Shown: positions 17,124-28,781 of the stretch, one piece after another
Numbering within the stretch: the first letter of the stretch is position 1
How the letters are laid out: the number at the start of each line of letters is the position of its first letter
NCBI GenBank assembly: GCA_016186955.1
Contig: JACPKP010000003.1
Span: 130,290 to 194,289, forward strand
DNA length: 64,000 nt
Direction: 5' to 3'
Origin: Candidatus Daviesbacteria bacterium
GTDB lineage: Bacteria; Patescibacteriota; Microgenomatia; Daviesbacterales; UBA10151
The notes under the pieces: model-generated
The model's database searches: none
What the model saw: the letters and a program-made list of their open reading frames with translations, nothing else
What the model was told of the DNA's origin: nothing
Program-made: the position numbers and the translations under genes

Positions 17124-18570
17124 ACAATGAAGTAGGCCTGGTTACATCCATCAAGGATTTTTTAATCCATATCAATGGGCTGCCTACAGTTAAGGTTAAT
17201 GATTTAGTGGAGAGTGAAAACGGCGCCAGGGGATGGGTTAACGCTTTGTTTTCTGACCAGGTCGAAATCCTGATGCTAACTGAAAACAGTGTTTCTATCG
17301 GACAGATGTTTAAGCGCTCCGGGAAGCGCTTGACTATTACAGTGGGGGAATTTTTACTCGGCAGGGCAACAAACCCTTTAGGTGAACCGATTGACGGGAG
17401 CAGGCTGCTGGCAAAAACCAAAACAGACGCAGAGTATAGGATAAACAATCCTGCGCCTGGGATTGATAAAAGGGAATTTATCAGGGACCAGTTTGATACA
17501 GGAATTGCTATTGTGGACTCGCTCATACCCTTGGGCAAGGGGCAGCGGGAGCTCATACTTGCCGATGCCCGGTCCGGTAAAGATGATTTTCTGGTGGATC
17601 TGATCATCAACCAAAAAAGCGCCGGGGTAATCTGTATTTATGCCATGATAGGCAAGCCGGTGGCGCAGATCAGGACTATTATAGATACTTTAGGCTTGAA
17701 TAAAGCATTGGAATACACAGCAATTATCGCCACATCTTCTACTGACCCGGCGCCTTTAATTTATCTTACCCCTTATGCGGCAATCACTATAGCTGAACAT
17801 TTCCAGAAACAGGGGAAAGATGTACTGGTAATTTTTGACGACTTGGGAAACCATGCTAAAGTTTACCGGGAGATATCACTTCTGGGGAATAAATTCCCTG
17901 GCCGGGAGTCTTACCCCGGGGATATGTTTTTCCAGCATGCCAATCTCTTAGAGAGGGCAGGGAAGTTCAAACCTGAATTTGGCGGAGGTTCTATTACAGC
18001 GCTGCCTGTGATTGAACTGAACACAGGTGATTTCACAAACTATATACCCACCAATTTAATGTCGATGACAGACGGACACTTGATGTTTAAATCAGGTTTT
18101 TACAACCAGGGCCAGCGGCCGGCCATAGATATCAGCCTGTCTGTTTCCAGGGTAGGCAGGCAAACTTTTAACCATCTTCAGCTGGAACTGATCAGAAGGG
18201 TTAAAAAAATGTTGACCCAAAGCGCCCAGTTGGAAACAGTCAGCAGGTTTGCTACAGAGCTGCCCAAAGAAACACGGCTGATCTTAAAACAGAAACAGGC
18301 AGTCATGGAACTGGTAAACCAGGAATCTTTAACCAGGCTTTCAAAACAAGAACAGTTGGTCATCTTGTCGCTTGTTTTTACCAGTTTTATGGATGATCAA
18401 TATATCAAACTATTAAAAAATATCTTTGTGCTGGACAGAAAAAAAGTATTACTTAAAGCTTTTACCCAAAACCCTGAGCTGAGTTCCCTGGTTGAGGCTG
18501 CCTTTCAATTTAAAAACTATGATGAACTGCTTTTGAAACTGGAATCAATTATCCCTAAACTGGAGAAAAT

Positions 18571-18583
<13 letters not shown>
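17120..18583 (+). CDS. atpA: F-type ATP synthase alpha subunit (P-loop degenerate: ADARSGKD instead of GDRQTGKT)
   Basis: LGKGQRELILADARSGKDDFLVDLIINQK and IFDDLGNHAKVYREISLLGNKFPGRESYPGDMFFQHANLLERA align to the conserved alpha blocks. Confidence 0.8.
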
Positions 18584-20767
<2,184 letters not shown>

Positions 20768-20773
20768 AATTGT

Positions 20774-21055
20774 ATGGACAACCATATTTTAAAAGTCCGT
20801 ATAGTATCACCTAAAGGAATAATTTTTCAGGGCCAGGCTGTCTCGGTTAGCTCTATAAATTCGGCCGGCAAATTTGATATCCTGCCCGGCCATACCAGCT
20901 TCCTGACGCTGACTAAAAATGTCCCTGTCACAATCAATACTGACCAAAAAAAACTCATGACCTTCAATCTGCCAATGGCGGTAATCTTTACGGCACAAAA
21001 TAGCGTGCGTATATATACGGATATTAACTTTAAACCTAATTTGATTGATGAGTAA
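20774..21055 (+). CDS. atpC: F-type ATP synthase epsilon subunit
   Basis: LKVRIVSPKGIIFQGQAVSVSSINSAGKFDILPGHTSFLTLTK matches the epsilon beta-sandwich pattern (..GilpgHapll). Confidence 0.75.
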   Translation: MDNHILKVRIVSPKGIIFQGQAVSVSSINSAGKFDILPGHTSFLTLTKNVPVTINTDQKKLMTFNLPMAVIFTAQNSVRIYTDINFKPNLIDE

Positions 21056-21467
21056 AAGTATGTCCGGTTTACATTTCAGGGATGATATCTGGTTGCTTTC
21101 CAGGCTGGACTGGTTGTGGTCCGGTTATTTTAAGGATGTTAAGCAGACAAACCCGGTTTTTATAAAATTCGGCAGGTTCTCAAAATACAGGTTAGGTTCA
21201 ATCAGGCTTGACCGCAAAACAGGCCATTCCCACATTACTATCACCAGTATGTTTAAGGATGAAACAATCCCGGTTGCAATAATTGACCATACAATTGCCC
21301 ATGAACTCTGTCATTACACCCATGGTTTTTCTGCGCCCGGGCCCAGGCTGCATAAATATCCCCATCATGGAGGTGTGATCAAAAAAGAGCTGGAAGGCCG
21401 GGGTTTGCACCACCTTGTTAAAGCCTATGCGCTATGGCTTAAAAGTTATAGGAAACTGCTTAGATAA
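21045..21467 (+). CDS. SprT-like zinc metallopeptidase-domain protein (HExxH)
   Basis: RLDRKTGHSHITITSMF...AIIDHTIAHELCHYTHGFSAPGPRLHKYPHHGG fits the SprT-like pattern with the HELCH motif. Confidence 0.5.
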   Translation: MMSKSMSGLHFRDDIWLLSRLDWLWSGYFKDVKQTNPVFIKFGRFSKYRLGSIRLDRKTGHSHITITSMFKDETIPVAIIDHTIAHELCHYTHGFSAPGPRLHKYPHHGGVIKKELEGRGLHHLVKAYALWLKSYRKLLR

Positions 21468-21511
21468 ATACTGCTTGGTTTTTTTGGCAATCTATGTTAT
21501 ATATCCGCTAA

Positions 21512-22108
21512 ATGGAACCGTTGCAGGAATCTTTACGCACCTACAAACTGCCCCTCGCACTCAGCCTTTTGGGGGTAGTTCTGATAATTGGCGGTATTTT
21601 TTCGTCAGGGTTTTTAAGTAAACCAAAAACCTATCCTAAAGCATCATTGGTTAATGGGGGAAATACAACAACAAACCAGATCAAAATAGATGTTTCCGGC
21701 GCGGTTTCCAACCCCGGAGTTTATACCCTCAGTTCAGATTCCAGGGTTGAGGATGCAATAAAAGCTGCAGGCGGGTTTAGTTCTTTTGTCAGTAATGAAT
21801 TTATCGCAAAAAGTCTAAACCTGTCCCAAAAATTATCAGACAGTATGAAGATATACATCCCTTTTGAGGGTGATTCAGTTGCTATCAACCAAGGTGCAGG
21901 GTTAAGCGGAGGAGGCATTGGCTCAAATAAAATAGGGTTAAATACCGGTACACAAACCGAACTGGAATCTTTACCCTCTGTCGGTAGTGTTACAGCTTCT
22001 AAAATTATCTCAGCCAGGCCGTATTCTGACATCAGTGAGTTAAAAACCAGGAAAACAGTGTCAGTAGCAGTTTTTTCAAAGATCAAAGATTTAGTTGACC
22101 TCCATTGA
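21512..22108 (+). CDS. comEA: Competence protein ComEA (SLBB plus helix-hairpin-helix DNA-binding)
   Basis: N-terminal TM. SLBB-like GAVSNPGVYTLSSDSRVEDAIKAAGG. C-terminal HhH NTGTQTELESLPSVGSVTASKIISARPYSDISEL. Confidence 0.7.
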   Translation: MEPLQESLRTYKLPLALSLLGVVLIIGGIFSSGFLSKPKTYPKASLVNGGNTTTNQIKIDVSGAVSNPGVYTLSSDSRVEDAIKAAGGFSSFVSNEFIAKSLNLSQKLSDSMKIYIPFEGDSVAINQGAGLSGGGIGSNKIGLNTGTQTELESLPSVGSVTASKIISARPYSDISELKTRKTVSVAVFSKIKDLVDLH

Positions 22109-23118
22109 ACAAATTTTTCCTGGTAGCCACAGCCTTGTTTTTAGCCCTGTTTTTGTTCAGGGTAGGTCAGACAGGAGGTTTAAGTAAACCCGGTATTGAC
22201 CCGGAACTGGAAAATTTGAGTTCAGGGTTTATACCCTCCAGGGATTTTTTGGCAGGTAAAATAGAGGAGATTTTGCCCCAGCCTCAGGCAGCTCTGCTGG
22301 CAGGAATCCTTTTGGGTGTAAAATCACAGTTGCCTAAAGATTTTAACAATGCCTTGCGTAGAACTTCCACCATCCATATTGTGGTTGTTTCAGGCCAGAA
22401 CCTCTCCCTTTTGATCGGTTTTTTAATGAAGTTGTCCTTTTTGGGCAGGCGCAAGATGACTTTTGTCTCTTTTGCAGTAATAATATTGTACCCGCTTTTA
22501 ACAGGGCTTCAGGTGCCTGTTCTTAGGGCTGCTTTGATGATTGGGTTGGCATCAGCAGCCCAACTTTTAGGCAGGGAAAGGGATGGTGTGTGGATTCTGC
22601 TACTGACCGGTTTTGCTATGCTCCTTTACAACCCAAACTGGATTTTTTCCATCTCATTCCAGCTGTCATTTTTAGCCACAGTTGGGGTAATTGTGGTGGC
22701 TCCCGAATTGGTAAAAAAGTTAAACAGAGCGCCTGAAATAATCAGGCAGGATTTGGGAGTGTCCCTGGCTGCCCAAGCCCTAACCTGGCCTGTGATAGCT
22801 GCCAACTTCCACCAGGCCAGTTTAATCGGGGTGGTGGTTAACACTTTAGTGCTTTGGACAATTTCTTTTATTATGGTCAGCGGGGTAATAGCTTTGGCAG
22901 GAGTATTAACCAGCCCTGCTCTGGGCAGTCTGTTGGCTCTTATCCCCGGGGTGTTGCTCACTTATTTTATTTATGTGGTAAGTTTTTTTGACCGCCTGCC
23001 CCTGGCCAGTATTTATGTGGGGCGCCTGTCACCTTTGGTTTGGGTAGGGTATTATATCTTAGTTTTAGGGCTATTTTTGTGGCTGAAAAGTCTAAAACCA
23101 AATGAAGCCTTGACTTAA
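22105..23118 (+). CDS. comEC: ComEC/Rec2 competence channel protein (membrane domain only; no metallo-beta-lactamase domain)
   Basis: Polytopic membrane protein. The competence-domain motif is RRTSTIHIVVVSGQNLSLLIGF (compare G..Hllai SG.H). It is directly downstream of comEA. Confidence 0.7.
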   Translation: MNKFFLVATALFLALFLFRVGQTGGLSKPGIDPELENLSSGFIPSRDFLAGKIEEILPQPQAALLAGILLGVKSQLPKDFNNALRRTSTIHIVVVSGQNLSLLIGFLMKLSFLGRRKMTFVSFAVIILYPLLTGLQVPVLRAALMIGLASAAQLLGRERDGVWILLLTGFAMLLYNPNWIFSISFQLSFLATVGVIVVAPELVKKLNRAPEIIRQDLGVSLAAQALTWPVIAANFHQASLIGVVVNTLVLWTISFIMVSGVIALAGVLTSPALGSLLALIPGVLLTYFIYVVSFFDRLPLASIYVGRLSPLVWVGYYILVLGLFLWLKSLKPNEALT

Positions 23119-23145
23119 TTTAATATACATGTACAATATGTACAT

Positions 23146-23397
23146 ATGATAAATTTAAAGGTCTTTTATGCAACTGAGGCTAGAGGTAAGCTTTTTGAGC
23201 TTTTAAGGCTGGTAGAGAAAGGGCAGGAGATTATGATTATTAAAAAAGACAGTAACTCCAAATTCAAATTGAGCCTTATTAAAAAAGAGGGTAACTCCTC
23301 TAAAGCATCTTTGGCTCAAAATTTGGCAGGGTTAGATTTTAAGAGTAGATCCCCGCAGGAGATCAGCCGGATTATAGAGTCCGGGTTCCGGTTATGA
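23146..23397 (+). CDS. Type II antitoxin (Phd/YefM or VapB-like)
   Basis: 83 aa. Its stop overlaps the PIN toxin start by 4 nt (ATGA), the typical antitoxin position. Confidence 0.5.
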   Translation: MINLKVFYATEARGKLFELLRLVEKGQEIMIIKKDSNSKFKLSLIKKEGNSSKASLAQNLAGLDFKSRSPQEISRIIESGFRL

Positions 23398-23819
23398 ATG
23401 TTTTATACTTGGATACCAATATTTTTATCTATCTTTCAGATGCCCAATCTATTTACCACAAAGACTCCCAGGCCTTCATAAATTACTGCCAGAGAGAAAA
23501 GATACTGGTCGCTACCTCTGCAGAGACCATCCAGGAGATTATCCATTATTCTAAAAATACAAAACAGCTCAAAAAAGGGTTAATACTTGCCGGGGTTGTG
23601 CTGAAGATGGTAGATGAACTGTTTCCGGTTACCCAAACAACAATCAGGATTTTTTTGGAAGAGGTTAAAAGATACCCTAATATTAAAAGCAGGGATCTAG
23701 TCCATTTCAGCACCTGTTTGGAGAATAAAATTGAAAGACTGGTTACCTATGACCGGGAGTTTACCTCATTAAAAGGGGTTAAGGTTTTAAACCCCGCCAA
23801 TTTTACCCATAACCCATAG
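23394..23819 (+). CDS. vapC: PIN-domain toxin (VapC family)
   Basis: MNVLYLDTNIFIY, the PIN N-terminal acidic motif. 141 aa. Confidence 0.75.
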   Translation: MNVLYLDTNIFIYLSDAQSIYHKDSQAFINYCQREKILVATSAETIQEIIHYSKNTKQLKKGLILAGVVLKMVDELFPVTQTTIRIFLEEVKRYPNIKSRDLVHFSTCLENKIERLVTYDREFTSLKGVKVLNPANFTHNP

Positions 23820-23939
23820 TTGATTTTGAGCACAATCCGTCATATAATTTAACCCTGCAATCTTTGCTTTGGGTAAAACCACATCTGATGTGGCGGAAAG
23901 GCCAAAGATTACAGAGGCAAAATATTGAAGGAGTCTCAG

Positions 23940-24350
23940 ATGACACAAGCAGAGAGAGAAGTGTCAGCAGAGGAATGCCCTTACAGGGATGAGGAGACTG
24001 CCTTTGTTGCAGGAATAGACCCATCCCTTTTAAGGGATGCTGTGAGCACCCGGGTGGATGAGAAAGCATTGCTCAAAGTAATGCTTGTACCCTTAGGTGG
24101 GGCTCTCAGGAGACATCTGGATATGGTCCCCCCAAGAGACTGTTTCTTCCGTATGGCAAGATTTCTGGCCAGGCGGATGGAAAAGTATTCAGGATGTTTT
24201 GCGTGGAACCACCTGCTGGGTTCTGCAGCAACTCCTCCTGGAATAAACATCAGTTGCAACGAGGGGCATCTTGCACGTTGTCCTTATTGCCAGAGGGATG
24301 TTAGGCAACTCAGGGACAAGTTGCCTAACTACAGGGAGTTCTATATCTAG
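23940..24350 (+). CDS. Hypothetical Cys-rich protein encoded in a GC-rich island (ORF track starts at TTG 23925; ATG 23940 preferred)
   Basis: SD AAGGAG sits 8 nt upstream of ATG 23940. Local GC is about 58% against a 38% background. The C-terminal CPYCQRD and other Cys suggest metal binding. No recognisable family. Confidence 0.4.
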   Translation: MTQAEREVSAEECPYRDEETAFVAGIDPSLLRDAVSTRVDEKALLKVMLVPLGGALRRHLDMVPPRDCFFRMARFLARRMEKYSGCFAWNHLLGSAATPPGINISCNEGHLARCPYCQRDVRQLRDKLPNYREFYI

Positions 24351-24408
24351 GTAGCAGAATGAGTAAGGGAGAGCCGCCCCTCTCCTGCCTCCACCCTGCT
24401 GCTCAGTA

Positions 24409-24441
24409 GGCGCTGGGGAATAGTTTCCCCGGCGCCTTTTT
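24409..24441 (+). terminator. Strong intrinsic terminator after the GC-rich ORF
   Basis: GGCGCTGGGGAA, loop tagt, TTCCCCGGCGCC (12 bp stem with one G-U), then TTTTT. Confidence 0.55.
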
Positions 24442-24584
24442 CATTGAAACGGTTGTTCCGTGTTTTATCCATAACATAATATGGTCCGATCGGATCAAAT
24501 AATGTTATCAAATCACTTGATGAACAAGTTTGCACTTCACGCTGAGAGTTGCAAACTTAAGTTAAATGAGTTTATCATTAGTTT

Positions 24585-26537
24585 ATGTACAAGCAAAAAA
24601 TTGAGAAAGATTTAAAAAGTATTGTAAGAGACCTGGACCTGCCTGCCCTGACTGCCGTCAGGCAGGCCGGCAAGCAGGGATTTGTAACCCATGATATAGT
24701 TTGTAGTATTCCTGATAATCCCAAATTCGGGGATTATACCACGAATATAGCGTTACAACTGTCTAAACAAAAGTCTAAAAAAAGTTATCAGACACCCGCA
24801 GAGATTGCTAATGAAATCTTAAAAAAATTTGGACATCCCCAATACCTGGAAAGGATAGAAATAGCGGGTGCAGGTTTTATCAATTTTTTTCTGAAAAATG
24901 AGGCGCTCGTTGCCATCCTGAAGGCAAAGCCTGGAACAAGTCCAGAGATTCTTCGCTTCGCTCAGAATGACAAGAAAGTTGTTCAGAATAACAAAATAGG
25001 CAAGCGCATTTTGGTTGAATATGCCAGCCCCAATACCCATAAAGTATTCCATATCGGGCATCTGAGGAATATTATTACCGGTGAGGCTATCAGCAGGCTT
25101 TTGCAGTTTCAGGGCAACGAACTTTTCCGGGTAACCTATACTTCTGATATAGGACCGGCTGTAGCTAAAGCTGTTTGGGGGGTATTGAAGCTGGACAAAG
25201 AATTTAATACTGCTAAAAAGGCTTCCCTCAGAGAAAAAGCAGAGTTTTTAGGTAAGGCTTATGCAATGGGCGCTAAAGCTTATGAGGGTGACCTTAAGTC
25301 TAAAGATGAAATTGATGCCATAAACAGGGGAATTTATAAAAAAGACCCGCAATTTGTACCTCTTTGGGAGGAGACTAAAAAATGGAGCGCTGCATATTTT
25401 GATTCTATTTACAGCAGGATGGGTACGGAATTTGATGCATATGTTTGGGAGTCGAAAGTGGAGGAAGAAGGTAAAAAAACCGTTGAGCAAAACCTGGACA
25501 AAGTATTTTTCAAAGATGAGGGGGCGGTTATCTTTCCGGGCGAAAAATACGGCCTGCATAACCGGGTTTTTATCAATTCCGTGGGTAACCCAACCTATGA
25601 GGCTAAAGAGATTGGAGTGACTTTTAAAGAAGAGAGCTTGTTCCCGTTTGATTTGGCGATCCATGTTGTGGCAAATGAACAATCAGAGTATTTTAAGGTT
25701 GTGATAAAAGCGATAGAACAGGTTGAATCAAGGATGGCAGGCCGGAAAAAACATCTGCCTTATGGTTTCGTAAACCTAACAACAGGGAAAATGTCATCTA
25801 GGCTTGGGAATGTGGTTGGAGCAGAGGAACTAATTGACTCCGTAAAAGAAGCTATCCAGCAAGGTTTTCCTAATGCCCAAAATGATGTACGATCGCACAC
25901 AATTATGGGAAATATTGAAAAGATAGCCATTGGGGCTGTTAAATTCTCATTTTTGAAATATTCACTCAACTCAGACATCGCGTTTGACATCAAACAATCA
26001 ATTTCCCTGCAGGGGGACAGCGGGCCGTACCTGATGTATGCTTATGCGAGGATCAACTCTTTGCTTGAGAAAGCGGATTCAGAAGTACTCAGAAAAACTC
26101 AGAAAACCAGTAAATCAGATAACCTGAAACTCCGGAATTCTGGTGCACAGAGTTATTTGCAGAAGCAAAATACCTCGAATCTTGATTCGAGGATGAATGC
26201 TTCAAAAAGAACTTGTCCCGCTTGCGGGATACCCTGCTGCTTGCAGCAGGGAGGGGTTCATTCCAGGTCATTCGAACTTGAGCCAGAGGAGCGGGAAGTT
26301 TTGAGACTGCTTGAGTATTTTGAATTTATGGCCAAAGAGACAGCCTCAAAGTACCAACCAAATAAGCTGGCTGAATATTTGCTCAGCCTGGCTAAGGCTT
26401 TTAACTTATTCTATGAAAAATACACCATACTTTATTCTGAGAAAGAACCATTTAGGTTGGCTCTTTGTGTCAGGGTTGGTGAAGCATTAAAGCTTGGGTT
26501 GTATCTGCTGGGGATTGAGACTGTGGAAAAAATGTGA
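24585..26537 (+). CDS. argS: Arginyl-tRNA synthetase carrying an in-frame insertion of about 50 aa
   Basis: HIGH-type motif SPNTHKVFHIGHLRN. The C-terminal DALR anticodon-binding block is QPNKLAEYLLSLAKAFNLFYEKY. The insert lies between ARINSLLEKADSE and LEPEEREVLRLL and consists of three perfect DNA hairpins (26173-26252). Confidence 0.9.
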   Translation: MYKQKIEKDLKSIVRDLDLPALTAVRQAGKQGFVTHDIVCSIPDNPKFGDYTTNIALQLSKQKSKKSYQTPAEIANEILKKFGHPQYLERIEIAGAGFINFFLKNEALVAILKAKPGTSPEILRFAQNDKKVVQNNKIGKRILVEYASPNTHKVFHIGHLRNIITGEAISRLLQFQGNELFRVTYTSDIGPAVAKAVWGVLKLDKEFNTAKKASLREKAEFLGKAYAMGAKAYEGDLKSKDEIDAINRGIYKKDPQFVPLWEETKKWSAAYFDSIYSRMGTEFDAYVWESKVEEEGKKTVEQNLDKVFFKDEGAVIFPGEKYGLHNRVFINSVGNPTYEAKEIGVTFKEESLFPFDLAIHVVANEQSEYFKVVIKAIEQVESRMAGRKKHLPYGFVNLTTGKMSSRLGNVVGAEELIDSVKEAIQQGFPNAQNDVRSHTIMGNIEKIAIGAVKFSFLKYSLNSDIAFDIKQSISLQGDSGPYLMYAYARINSLLEKADSEVLRKTQKTSKSDNLKLRNSGAQSYLQKQNTSNLDSRMNASKRTCPACGIPCCLQQGGVHSRSFELEPEEREVLRLLEYFEFMAKETASKYQPNKLAEYLLSLAKAFNLFYEKYTILYSEKEPFRLALCVRVGEALKLGLYLLGIETVEKM

Positions 26538-26539
26538 CT

Positions 26540-26712
26540 TCTTTAGATCCTCTTTGCATATCTTGTGACCACATCGAAGTTAGCGTATAGTGGGTTACAA
26601 AGCAACGCTCGGGGTCCTGTCAGCGAGCAGCCCCATTCGACGTCCTCGCTCCTAACAAGTTCGCTACGGGCGGTCAATGGGGCTCCCCGCTCGCTGCCAC
26701 CCCTCGCTATAA
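26540..26712. repeat. GC-rich palindromic intergenic element between argS and mreB
   Basis: CAGCGAGCAGCCCCATTCGA ... GGTCAATGGGGCTCCCCGCTCGCTG. Long imperfect inverted repeat with GC far above background. Confidence 0.35.
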
Positions 26713-26713
26713 A

Positions 26714-27733
26714 ATGTTTAACTTCAGTAAAAAGATCGGAATAGATTTGGGCACTGCCAACTCCCTGGTTTATGTTTTGGGTGAGGGGATTGTGATGAAT
26801 GAACCTACTGTTGTGGCAGTTTCCACCATTGACAACAGGGTGTTGGCAGTGGGGAATGAGGCCAAAGAGATGTTGGGGAGGACGCCCGGCAATATTACAG
26901 CCACGAGACCCATGCGTGATGGGGTGATAGCAGACTATGTCATAACAGAAGCGATGTTGCGCTATTTCATCGACAAAATTTGCGGTTCATCAAGGATTTT
27001 TAAGCCCGAAGTGATGGTTTGTGTGCCTGCTGGTGTGACCTCTGTAGAAAGGAGGGCGGTGATGGATGCAACTCTTTCTGCGGGTGCCAAGATCGCATAT
27101 TTGATAGATGAACCTTTGGCTGCAGCTATTGGTTCCAATATCCCGATTGCCAACCCTTCAGGCAACATGATTGTAGATATCGGTGGTGGAACCACCGAGG
27201 CTGCCGTGGTCTGTTTAGGGGGAGTTGTGGTACACAGCAGTGCCAGGGTTGGGGGGAATAAAATTGATGAGGCGATCGCTTTTTATATACGCAAAAAATA
27301 TGGTTTGATCATCGGTGAGCACCAATCCGAGTCTGTCAAGATCCAAATAGGCAATGCCTTGCAGCCTGCCAATAATTCTGATTTTAAACAGATGGAAGTC
27401 AGGGGGCGGGATAGCGCTACAGGTTTGCCCAGGACTATTCTGTTGCGTTCTGATGAGATAACTTTGGCCATAGAGGATACGTTAAAAAAAATTATCGGGG
27501 CTGTGAAAGGGGTTTTGGAACAGACACCTCCTGAGTTGGCATCGGATATAATAGATAAAGGGATTGTGATGTCCGGGGGGACATCAATGCTTACCAACCT
27601 TGATAAGCTGATGACCCAACAAACAGGTGTTCCCTGCCACATAGCTGAAAACCCTTTAATGTCTGTAGCTTTGGGTACAGGGATGGCGTTGGAGAACTTG
27701 GATCTCTATAAGCGGTCAGTAAGCAAACGTTAG
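26714..27733 (+). CDS. mreB: Rod-shape-determining actin homologue MreB
   Basis: IGIDLGTANSLVYV, DIGGGTTE and the C-terminal GTGMALENLD are classical MreB blocks. Confidence 0.9.
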   Translation: MFNFSKKIGIDLGTANSLVYVLGEGIVMNEPTVVAVSTIDNRVLAVGNEAKEMLGRTPGNITATRPMRDGVIADYVITEAMLRYFIDKICGSSRIFKPEVMVCVPAGVTSVERRAVMDATLSAGAKIAYLIDEPLAAAIGSNIPIANPSGNMIVDIGGGTTEAAVVCLGGVVVHSSARVGGNKIDEAIAFYIRKKYGLIIGEHQSESVKIQIGNALQPANNSDFKQMEVRGRDSATGLPRTILLRSDEITLAIEDTLKKIIGAVKGVLEQTPPELASDIIDKGIVMSGGTSMLTNLDKLMTQQTGVPCHIAENPLMSVALGTGMALENLDLYKRSVSKR

Positions 27734-27841
27734 AATTTGAAATTTTAAATTCGAAATTTGAATTGAAATCTAATGAAATTCATTGAAAATTAAAAATTGT
27801 AAACCTGTCTGCCGACAGGCAAGATTGAAAATTTTTAAAAT

Positions 27842-28753
27842 ATGAAGATTCTAATCACCGGCGGCGCTGGTTTTATAGGTTCGCACATCTCTAAACTCCT
27901 TTTGGATCAGGGGGAGAAGGTAGTGCTTTATGATAATTTGTCCAAATCCACCAAACAATATTGTGATAGGCGGGCAGAGTTTATCAAAGGGGACATCAGG
28001 GACTCAAAATTGCTCAAAAAAAGCCTTAAGGGGATAAATGGGGTGATCCATATGGCGGGGTCAACAGCTGTTGATGAGTCTGTAAAACAGCCGTTATTTT
28101 ACCTTGATAATAACATTGCCGGGAGTGTTACCTTATTTGAAGCGATGAAAGAGGCGGGTGTCAAAAAAGTAGTTTTTTCTTCCAGCTGCACTGTTTATGG
28201 TTTTCCTGACAATCTGCCTATTAGGGAAGATGCTCAGATTCAGGCTACCAGCCCGTATGGCGCTACCAAGGCCTCCATAGAAAGTTTTTTGACCTATTAT
28301 AATTATTTGTATGGGTTTGATGTAATCATCCTGCGCTATTTTAACCCTTATGGGATTTGGGAAAGCCACAATCCTGAAACCCATGCTATCCCGAAGTTTA
28401 TTAAAGCAGCGCTAAGTAAAGAACCGCTTCCTCTTTATTGGAAAGGACAACAGGTCAGGGATTTTATTTATATTGAGGATTTAGCCAAGGCGCATATTGC
28501 CCCGCTTAAACTTGAAGGTTTTCATATTTTTAATGTGGGCACAGAAAAAGGGACAAAAGTAATTGATATAGTTAATATTATATCTGATATATTGGGTTAT
28601 AAGTTAAAAATTAAGGATTTGGGAGAAAGGTCTGGTGATATCCCGGCAAATTTTGCCTCAAGCGCCAAACTGCAAAAAGCTACGGGTTGGAAAGCAAAGG
28701 TTAGTTTGAAGGAAGGGTTGAGAAGGACAATAGAGTGGTTTAAAAATAATTAA
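27842..28753 (+). CDS. NAD-dependent epimerase/dehydratase (UDP-glucose 4-epimerase-like)
   Basis: MKILITGGAGFIGSHI Rossmann motif and the YxxxK region (YGATKAS). Confidence 0.8.
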   Translation: MKILITGGAGFIGSHISKLLLDQGEKVVLYDNLSKSTKQYCDRRAEFIKGDIRDSKLLKKSLKGINGVIHMAGSTAVDESVKQPLFYLDNNIAGSVTLFEAMKEAGVKKVVFSSSCTVYGFPDNLPIREDAQIQATSPYGATKASIESFLTYYNYLYGFDVIILRYFNPYGIWESHNPETHAIPKFIKAALSKEPLPLYWKGQQVRDFIYIEDLAKAHIAPLKLEGFHIFNVGTEKGTKVIDIVNIISDILGYKLKIKDLGERSGDIPANFASSAKLQKATGWKAKVSLKEGLRRTIEWFKNN

Positions 28754-28781
28754 GCTTGTAGTTATGCTACACTTTTAGCAT

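Noticed and set aside
23820-24450. RNase P RNA, tmRNA or SRP RNA in GC-rich island 1 (a GGAAAGGCC motif and a CTCCACCC-like end)
   Set aside because: The conserved blocks are absent: no GGAAAGTCCGGGCTCC…ACAGAACCCGGCTTA for RNase P, no tmRNA T-arm or tag ORF, no SRP GGAAGCAGCCAAGG. The region has a clean SD plus ORF plus terminator, so it is more likely coding.
27734-27841. Possible CRISPR-like or tandem repeat array in AT-rich intergenic DNA (also 48596-48683)
   Set aside because: These are only short, irregular AAATTT/GAAAT low-complexity motifs. There are no regularly spaced 25-40 nt direct repeats and no cas genes anywhere in the window. They are probably promoter/UP-element regions.
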